Source: Candidatus Bipolaricaulota bacterium
Lineage (GTDB): Bacteria > Bipolaricaulota > Bipolaricaulia > UBA7950 > UBA9294
Assembly: GCA_040752575.1 (NCBI GenBank)
Contig: JBFMGK010000043.1
Coordinates: 23,142 to 87,141 of the forward strand
Length of the DNA: 64,000 nucleotides
Reading direction: 5' to 3'
Both the position numbers and the translations under genes were made by a program. Shown here piece after piece: positions 57,534 to 64,000 of this stretch. A model generated the notes under the pieces. The model ran no database searches and was not told the origin of the DNA. It saw only the letters and a program-made list of their open reading frames with translations. Positions within the stretch are counted from its first letter, which is position 1; every line of letters starts with the position of its first letter.

Positions 57534-59072
57534 GTGATCAGTTTCAATCTTGTCGACCAACCATGGATCCCGGTTCGCCGACTAAATGGCAAGCGTGATA
57601 CGCTGAGTCTCTTCGATACGCTTCTAGAGTGCGATGGCATTTGGGCCATCGAGGATGAGTCGCCGCTTGTAGCTGCCGCCCTCCATCGTTTCCTCCTGGC
57701 GGTGCTCCACCGCGCACTCGAAGGACCCGCCACAGTGGATGAGGCGGCCGAGTGGTTCCGCGACGGCTTCCCGGGAGATCACATCGCAACGTACTTGAAG
57801 CGATGGGGAGAGCGCTTTGACCTATTCGATCGATCTCGGCCGTTCTTTCAGGTTCCGGGCCTCGACCAGGTTGCCAAGCCCAAGCCGTGGAGTTTTCTCC
57901 TGCCCGAGGAAGGGAGCGGCAACACTTCACCGCTGTTCAATGATCGGCTGCACCACAACCATGCCGAAGAGCCAGCCACATGCGCAGAGGCAGCACGCGC
58001 AATGCTGGCGTACCAGACGTTCGTACTGGGCGGGCTGATCAAGGTTTTCCTTACATCCGCGCCCGGCAGCGCTGTTGCACAGGCTGCGCTTGTCATCGTG
58101 CAGGGCGCGAACCTGCGTGAGACACTGGCGCTGAATCTCGTTCCGTACGTCGCCCTCGACCTTGACACGCCGATATGGGAGCGCGACGAAGTGCTGCTTC
58201 TCGACAGGATGAAGGGCGCGCCACGTGAGAGAGCAGCCGGATTCGTACAGGGCTATACCTGGCCATATCGCTCGCTTCTGCTCGTGCCTGCCACAGACAC
58301 ACAGCCCGTCAGGGTAGAGGCAGTCTATGTCGGTGCTGGCGTCCGTCTCGAGGCTAGTGAAGCATACCGAACAGACCCTATGGCAGCCTACCGACTCATC
58401 GAGTGGGGTCTGATGCCCATAAGGTTCCGCCCTGGAAGGCACTTCTGGCGTGATTTCGTCGCACTGCTCCCCCGTACAGCCACAGACCAAGAGACGGCCC
58501 CGGGTGTTGTATGCCACGCGTGTGACCTGTACCACGTCTTGGGCATGCGCGACCGGCCGCCGGTCTTGTTGGTGTCAGGCCAATCCAGCGATCAGGCGAA
58601 GATCGATCTGTGGCGCGCCGAACTGCTCGCCCTGCCGTCAGCACTCTTGGCAGATCGATCAGTGCACGGGCCTATCCAGCAAGCGCTCCTGGAGGCAGAA
58701 GCGGGAGGCAAATGCCTGAGCAAGGCAACCATGACCCTCGCCAAGACGCTGCTCTCACGAGCGCGCAGTCCAACCCAGCAGGACGCACGGCACCTTACCC
58801 AAGCGCTCCCTGGGAAGGAGGCCTACTGGACGGCGCTTCAGGCGGCATTCGCGGCGTTCTTGTCCAGCCTGACACCGGACTTCGACCCCGACTCTGTTGC
58901 GATGAAGTGGAATGCGGCGGTCTGCAGAGCGCTGCACGAGGCCTGGCAGTGCACTGCGCAGGCAGTCGGCACTAACGCTGCAGGACTATTGGCGCTTGCA
59001 GCTGGAGAGCGGGTGCTTTCCCCATGGATGGCCGATCTTCGCGCCCGCACTCCGCAAAGCGGCGTGACGTAG
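57534..59072 (+). CDS. cas8e: Type I-E large subunit Cas8e (Cse1/CasA)
   Basis: FNLVDQPWIPV, ALHRFLLAVL, RFDLFD..RPFFQ; follows cas3. Confidence 0.93.
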   Translation: MISFNLVDQPWIPVRRLNGKRDTLSLFDTLLECDGIWAIEDESPLVAAALHRFLLAVLHRALEGPATVDEAAEWFRDGFPGDHIATYLKRWGERFDLFDRSRPFFQVPGLDQVAKPKPWSFLLPEEGSGNTSPLFNDRLHHNHAEEPATCAEAARAMLAYQTFVLGGLIKVFLTSAPGSAVAQAALVIVQGANLRETLALNLVPYVALDLDTPIWERDEVLLLDRMKGAPRERAAGFVQGYTWPYRSLLLVPATDTQPVRVEAVYVGAGVRLEASEAYRTDPMAAYRLIEWGLMPIRFRPGRHFWRDFVALLPRTATDQETAPGVVCHACDLYHVLGMRDRPPVLLVSGQSSDQAKIDLWRAELLALPSALLADRSVHGPIQQALLEAEAGGKCLSKATMTLAKTLLSRARSPTQQDARHLTQALPGKEAYWTALQAAFAAFLSSLTPDFDPDSVAMKWNAAVCRALHEAWQCTAQAVGTNAAGLLALAAGERVLSPWMADLRARTPQSGVT

Positions 59073-59084
59073 CGAGGAGGTGGC

Positions 59085-59615
59085 ATGGAACACGCGAGGA
59101 GGTTTGTGGCGTGGCTCGAGAAACTTGACCGTGCGGCCAACGCCGAGCTCCGCCGAAGCTTGGCCTTCGAACCCGGCGCGTACCCGCGGGTTTACCCGTA
59201 CGTCGAGCCGTTTATCAGGAAGGGCGGTCGGCGAGCACTCTACCTGGTTGCTGGGCTGCACGCCCTCTACCGACAGGCGGGCGGATGTGCGTCCGGGTCT
59301 GGCGGCGGCAACCGGGAGGTTGGTCTTGGCACCGCTGCTGCCGAGCTGTACGCCAGACGTCAAAGAAGTCCAAGCATTGAAGCGAGGTTCGTCGCTTTGC
59401 TGGATGCGGACTCGGAGCAACTGCCGCACCGGCTGCGCCACATGGTAACGCTCTTGAGATCGGAGCAGATCTCACTTGACTGGCCACGGCTGCTGAAGGA
59501 CCTCCTAGGTTGGGAGGATGAAACCAGGCAAGTTCAGCAGTGGTGGGCGCGAGACTTCTACCGTGCCACTGCGCCTGACGAGACCGAGATAGACGAGGAG
59601 GAAGCGGGCCAATGA
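59085..59615 (+). CDS. cse2: Type I-E small subunit Cas11 (Cse2/CasB)
   Basis: [34 protein letters not shown]. Confidence 0.93.
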   Translation: MEHARRFVAWLEKLDRAANAELRRSLAFEPGAYPRVYPYVEPFIRKGGRRALYLVAGLHALYRQAGGCASGSGGGNREVGLGTAAAELYARRQRSPSIEARFVALLDADSEQLPHRLRHMVTLLRSEQISLDWPRLLKDLLGWEDETRQVQQWWARDFYRATAPDETEIDEEEAGQ

Positions 59616-60766
59616 AAAACGTTCTGGAGATCCACATCCTGCAGAACTTCGCACCATCCAACCTGAACCGCGATGACACGGGAAGCCCAAAGGATGCCAT
59701 CTTCGGCGGAACACGAAGAGGTCGCATCTCAAGTCAGTGTCTCAAGCGCGCAATGCGGGAGCACTTCCGAGAGAGCGGCCTTCTGGTTGAGGAAGACCTG
59801 GCTTTGCGTACGAAACGAGTTGTCCAGCCGCTTGCAGAAGCCCTTCATTCTAGGGGGCGCTCTGTGACGGAGTCTGAAGCAATCATCGCGCTGGCTCTGA
59901 GCGGCCTAGAACTCAAGGTAAGCGATGGCAAGTCCCAGTACCTCCTCTTCCTCGCCGAACGTGAGATCGAGCGCGTGGCTGGATTGATTGACGAGCACTG
60001 GGACTCTCTTGTGAAACTGGTTCAGGGCGAGTCGGGCGGGGAAAAGGCATCAAAGAAGGCGGCCAAGACAACCGTGCCGCCGGAGCTGGTGAAGGCGATG
60101 GGGGCCGCACTTGATGGCGGCAAGGCTGTGGATGTCGCCCTGTTCGGACGAATGGTTGCTGATCGTCCGGAAGCTGGCCGTGACGCGGCGGCACAGGTCG
60201 CCCATGCCATCTCGACGCACAAGGTGGACCGGGAGTTCGATTTCTACACCGCAGTCGACGACCTTCAACCTGACGACACAGCAGGCGCGGACATGCTAGG
60301 GACCGTTGAGTTCGACAGCGCGTGTTACTACCGATACGCGCTCATTGATCTCGACAAGCTCGTGGAGAACCTCCAGGGTGACCGCGCCCTCGCGCTGAAG
60401 GGAGTTGAGGCATTCCTGTGCGCGAGTGTTCACGCCGAACCCACGGGGAAGCAGAACTCCTTTGCCGCGCACAATCCTCCAAGTCTCGTCGCTTTCACTG
60501 TCCGGAAGAACGCTTCGCCGCGCAGCCTAGCCAATGCTTTCGAACGGCCCGTGCGCCCCGGTCAAGATGGGCTCGTAGCTGAATCGGCTCAGGCCTTGGT
60601 CGCGGAGTGGGTACGCCTTGACGCCGCATACGGTGACGCTGGTGCCGCGTCCTACCTCAATGTCACACCCCTGCTAGAACTCGCTTTGCCGGGCGTCCGT
60701 GCATCGACCATCGACAGCCTCATCACGCAGACGATGCACAGCGTGCAGGCCGTGGTCGGTGAGTGA
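59612..60766 (+). CDS. cas7: Type I-E Cas7 (CasC)
   Basis: [53 protein letters not shown]. Confidence 0.97.
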   Translation: MKNVLEIHILQNFAPSNLNRDDTGSPKDAIFGGTRRGRISSQCLKRAMREHFRESGLLVEEDLALRTKRVVQPLAEALHSRGRSVTESEAIIALALSGLELKVSDGKSQYLLFLAEREIERVAGLIDEHWDSLVKLVQGESGGEKASKKAAKTTVPPELVKAMGAALDGGKAVDVALFGRMVADRPEAGRDAAAQVAHAISTHKVDREFDFYTAVDDLQPDDTAGADMLGTVEFDSACYYRYALIDLDKLVENLQGDRALALKGVEAFLCASVHAEPTGKQNSFAAHNPPSLVAFTVRKNASPRSLANAFERPVRPGQDGLVAESAQALVAEWVRLDAAYGDAGAASYLNVTPLLELALPGVRASTIDSLITQTMHSVQAVVGE

Positions 60767-60769
60767 GCC

Positions 60770-61423
60770 ATGCCTACACTGCGGTTGTGTCTCGGTGGCC
60801 CAATGCAGTCGTGGGGAACGCGCAGCCGCTTCAGCGAGCGAGACACTGACATCGAGCCCTCCAAGAGCGGCGTGTTGGGTCTCCTCTGCGCCGCGATGGG
60901 GATCGATCGTGCGGACTGGTTAGGGCTGCAGCCCCTTGCGGAGTTACAGATGGGCGTGCGGGTAGATCAACCAGGAATCCTACGCCATGACTACCAGACC
61001 GCGCAGGAGCCAATCCCTGGGAAACCCCGCTACTCGTGGGCAACGAGCGTCACGACTCGCTACTACCTGGCCGACGCTGTGTTCCTCGTTGGCCTCGCCG
61101 GAGAAGATCGTGATCTCCTAGACCGAGCTGATCGGGCGTTGCGAAATCCGGTCTGGCCACTCTATCTTGGGCGAAAGGCACTAGTACCCAGTCGTCCCGT
61201 GTTTGTTGACCCAGGAGTCGTGGACGCAGACCTTGAGGAGGCGCTTAGCCCTGCCGCACATCGCTATCTCGGGACGGGGTGCGCTCCAGGGACGGTACGG
61301 GTAGTGATCGAGTCAAGAGACCGGCACGGATCACTACGCATGGACCAGCCCATCGCCAGTTTCGCCGAGCGGAAGTACGGTGCGCGGTACGTGGAAACCA
61401 CAGCGTGGACGTGGGAGGCCTAG
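60770..61423 (+). CDS. cas5: Type I-E Cas5 (CasD)
   Basis: GPMQSWG, PSKSGVLGLL, RYYLADA, LYLGRK. Confidence 0.96.
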   Translation: MPTLRLCLGGPMQSWGTRSRFSERDTDIEPSKSGVLGLLCAAMGIDRADWLGLQPLAELQMGVRVDQPGILRHDYQTAQEPIPGKPRYSWATSVTTRYYLADAVFLVGLAGEDRDLLDRADRALRNPVWPLYLGRKALVPSRPVFVDPGVVDADLEEALSPAAHRYLGTGCAPGTVRVVIESRDRHGSLRMDQPIASFAERKYGARYVETTAWTWEA

Positions 61424-61424
61424 G

Positions 61425-62018
61425 GTGCATCTGTCGAGAGCAGTGCTCAATGTGGAATCTGCGGCGGCCAGACGCGACATTGCCAACCCCTATGAAATGC
61501 ACCGCACACTCAGGCGGTGCGCGCCCACGGGCGGGCTCCTATGGCGCCTCGAGAACACCGGCTACGGCCTGCCGACGGTGCTGGTTCAGTCCGAGGAGGG
61601 GGTAGACTGGAGCCAGATAGCCGTCGTTGAGCCGTCATACTGTGCTGTAATAGCTTCAACTAAGCACTATGATCCGAGTTTTTCTGAAGGTACTCCACTC
61701 CGCTTCCGCCTCCGTGCGAATCCCAGCATCAGGCAAGGCGGCAAGAGGCACGGTGTGTCAACACGTGAGGGCCAGGCTGATTGGCTGGAGCGCAAGGCAC
61801 AAGCTGGGGGGTTCAAGATCTTCGCCCTTGCAGTGCGAGACGAGAGGCTTATGCAAGCCGGCAAACCAGGCCACTTCATACAGGTCGCATCAGTGCTCTA
61901 CGATGGACGGCTGCTCGTTACCGACAGCAACCTCTTCTCGGCGTGTCTTCGATCTGGAATCGGCCCCGCCAAGAGCCTTGGCTTCGGTCTCCTATCTGTC
62001 GCCCGCGAGAAGAGCTGA
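61425..62018 (+). CDS. cas6e: Type I-E Cas6e (Cse3/CasE)
   Basis: YEMHRTL, LVQS, FRLRANP, GIGPAKSLGFGLL. Confidence 0.95.
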   Translation: MHLSRAVLNVESAAARRDIANPYEMHRTLRRCAPTGGLLWRLENTGYGLPTVLVQSEEGVDWSQIAVVEPSYCAVIASTKHYDPSFSEGTPLRFRLRANPSIRQGGKRHGVSTREGQADWLERKAQAGGFKIFALAVRDERLMQAGKPGHFIQVASVLYDGRLLVTDSNLFSACLRSGIGPAKSLGFGLLSVAREKS

Positions 62019-62990
62019 GTGCGCAACTTACAGGAGCTCCCAAAGTTCCGCGACGGGCTGTCGTATATCTACGTCGAGCACGGGCGGATAGAGCAGGAAG
62101 ACAAAGCGGTCGCCTGGTGGAGCCCAGAGGGGATTGTCGCTATCCCTGCTGCGGCTCTCGGGGTGCTGTTCCTCGGACCTGGCACGACGATCACGCACGC
62201 GGCGGTGAAGGCGCTCTCGGAGTGCGGCTGCAGCATCTGCTGGGTCGGAGAGGACTACACGCGCTTCTATGCGGCAGGGATGGGGGAGACGCGGTCGAGT
62301 ATCGGCGTTCTTCGGCAGGCGGAATCGCTGACCGACCCCTCACGGCATCTTCAGATTGTGCGCCGGCTCTACATGATGCGGTTTCGTGAACCTCTTCCGC
62401 CAGACCTTGGACTTGCGCAAATCCGTGGGCTCGAAGGCGTGCGCGTGCGAGATGCGTACGCTCGTGCCAGTCGGGAGACAGGGGTCCCTTGGCACGGTAG
62501 AAACTATGATCGCTCAAGCTGGGAGAGTTCTGACCCGATCAACCGCGCGCTCTCGGCAGGCACATCTTGTCTCTACGGCGTCTGCCACGCCGCCATCGTA
62601 TCTGCCGGGTACAGCCCCGCTCTGGGGTTCATCCACACCGGTAAGCAGCTCTCTTTCGTGTACGACGTCGCCGACCTCTACAAGGTCGAGACCGTTGTCC
62701 CCGCCGCGTTCGAGGCCACGGCAGTGTCCGACAAGGGAGTAGAGGGCCGCACGCGGCAGTTCCTTCGCGACCGAATGAAGGCAGCGCGAGTTCTCGAGAG
62801 GGCGGTTGATGACCTGCATCGCTTGTTCGAAGCGCCAGGCGAGCAGGACCAGTACGTAGTCGATGGTTCCAAGCCGGGCGACCTCTGGGAGCCAGAGGGT
62901 GCCGTTCCAGGAGGAGTAGCATATGGTTGTGATAGTGCTGGAAAAGGTTTCGCCGAGCTTGCGCGGGGAGTTGACGAGGTGGATGAGTGA
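62019..62990 (+). CDS. cas1: Type I-E Cas1
   Basis: LGPGTTITHAA, RGLEG, GFIHTG, FVYDVADLYK. Confidence 0.97.
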   Translation: MRNLQELPKFRDGLSYIYVEHGRIEQEDKAVAWWSPEGIVAIPAAALGVLFLGPGTTITHAAVKALSECGCSICWVGEDYTRFYAAGMGETRSSIGVLRQAESLTDPSRHLQIVRRLYMMRFREPLPPDLGLAQIRGLEGVRVRDAYARASRETGVPWHGRNYDRSSWESSDPINRALSAGTSCLYGVCHAAIVSAGYSPALGFIHTGKQLSFVYDVADLYKVETVVPAAFEATAVSDKGVEGRTRQFLRDRMKAARVLERAVDDLHRLFEAPGEQDQYVVDGSKPGDLWEPEGAVPGGVAYGCDSAGKGFAELARGVDEVDE

Positions 62991-63240
62991 AGTCCAGACT
63001 GGCGTGTTCGTGGGAAAGCTCAGCGGGCTTGTGCGCGATCTTCTCTGGCAGAAGTGCGTCGATCGCAGCGCTGGCGGTCGGTGCTGTCAGGCGTACTCGG
63101 CCAACAACGAGCAAGGGCTTGGGCTGCGAGTTGCCGGGGATCTCGGGAGGTCCGTCGTGGATCTCGACGGCATTCTCCTCGTGGCTACGCGGAATGCGCG
63201 CTGGGCGGCAATCCGTGATGGACAGGAGTCTGCTCTTTGA
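62923..63240 (+). CDS. cas2: Type I-E Cas2
   Basis: MVVIVLE..SLRGELTRWM.EV.TGVFVG, NNEQG, VDLDGILL; RBS AGGAGG; overlaps the cas1 3' end. Confidence 0.95.
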   Translation: MVVIVLEKVSPSLRGELTRWMSEVQTGVFVGKLSGLVRDLLWQKCVDRSAGGRCCQAYSANNEQGLGLRVAGDLGRSVVDLDGILLVATRNARWAAIRDGQESAL

Positions 63241-63320
63241 CAAGTGAATCGAGGGTGCGCGGAGCGCCACAAATGAGACTTCAGCGCTTGGCAACGCTCG
63301 AAACGCTGTAGAGAAGAAGT
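63241..63320 (+). promoter_or_regulatory. CRISPR leader
   Basis: 80-bp non-coding stretch between cas2 and the first repeat, ending AGAAGT. Confidence 0.75.
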
Positions 63321-64000
63321 GTGGTCCCCACACCCGTGGGGATGAACCGTCCGTTGCGTCGGTGAGGACGAGGGAGGTATCGTGGTCCCCACACCCGTGG
63401 GGATGAACCGCATCGCGGCACCGGATGGGTGAACCCCATCTAGTGGTCCCCACACCCGTGGGGATGAACCGCCCGCCGCGGTCGTTCGCCGGCAATCGCG
63501 AGCGTGGTCCCCACACCCGTGGGGATGAACCGATCGTCCACGAGATCGGGCGCGGCGTCGCGGCGTGGTCCCCACACCCGTGGGGATGAACCGAACGTCC
63601 ACGCGCTGCCGGGCGTCTTGTCCGAGTGGTCCCCACACCCGTGGGGATGAACCGTACCGCGCCGCGGGAGTGCCCAACCACGACGGCGTGGTCCCCACAC
63701 CCGTGGGGATGAACCGTACATCAGTTGGAGGGCGGTAGACTCGCTCACGTGGTCCCCACACCCGTGGGGATGAACCGAATGAACGACCTCCTCCGCGACG
63801 AGCGCGCCCGTGGTCCCCACACCCGTGGGGATGAACCGACCACGCCGGCCGACGCCGACGTCGTTCTCATGTGGTCCCCACACCCGTGGGGATGAACCGC
63901 GTCGCCGCTTGCCGTCGCCGCAGTCGACCGAGTGGTCCCCACACCCGTGGGGATGAACCGACGGTAGACCTCACGCAGTAGGTACGCAAAGCGTGGTCCC
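63321..64000 (+). CRISPR. Type I-E CRISPR array, truncated by window end
   Basis: 11 identical 29-bp repeats GTGGTCCCCACACCCGTGGGGATGAACCG plus a partial 12th; 11 distinct spacers (ten of 32 bp, one of 33 bp). Confidence 0.99.

Noticed and set aside
54869..63240. Novel CRISPR variant (HNH fusions, CAST, missing Cas3)
   Set aside because: Gene order, sizes and motifs are canonical type I-E; no extra domains or Tn7 genes are visible.
62629..63942. ORFs across the CRISPR array
   Set aside because: Translations of repeats, not genes.
1..64000. tRNA/rRNA genes, prophage
   Set aside because: None recognised by eye; tRNAscan and similar tools were not run.

Overview
GC-rich bacterial chromosome segment. 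Secreted DUF4384/PEGA/PKD proteins and many peptidases hint at Ca. Bipolaricaulota, but this is inference only. Positions 1-35 kb are accessory: GNATs, a YcaQ-type glycosylase, flavodoxin, serpin, S9/M32/M24 peptidases, nitroreductases, secreted beta-propeller proteins and two pseudogenes. Positions 37-53 kb hold housekeeping and envelope genes (proS, zupT, lgt, lnt, mraY, amidase) plus an ECF sigma/anti-sigma module. Positions 54.8-64 kb are a complete canonical type I-E CRISPR-Cas locus with a truncated array. The two most notable non-coding signals are (1) an intact IS110 element (35456-36684) inserted at a CT core in a local REP-like repeat, with a readable bridge RNA (target and donor guides) and a TTGACA-N17-TACATT promoter formed only on circularisation, and (2) tandem c-di-GMP-I (GEMM-I)-like aptamers with non-canonical ligand-contact bases upstream of a DUF4114 surface protein. 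A membrane-anchored trypsin-like protease lies divergent from cas3. All family calls come from motif recognition by eye; no searches were run.
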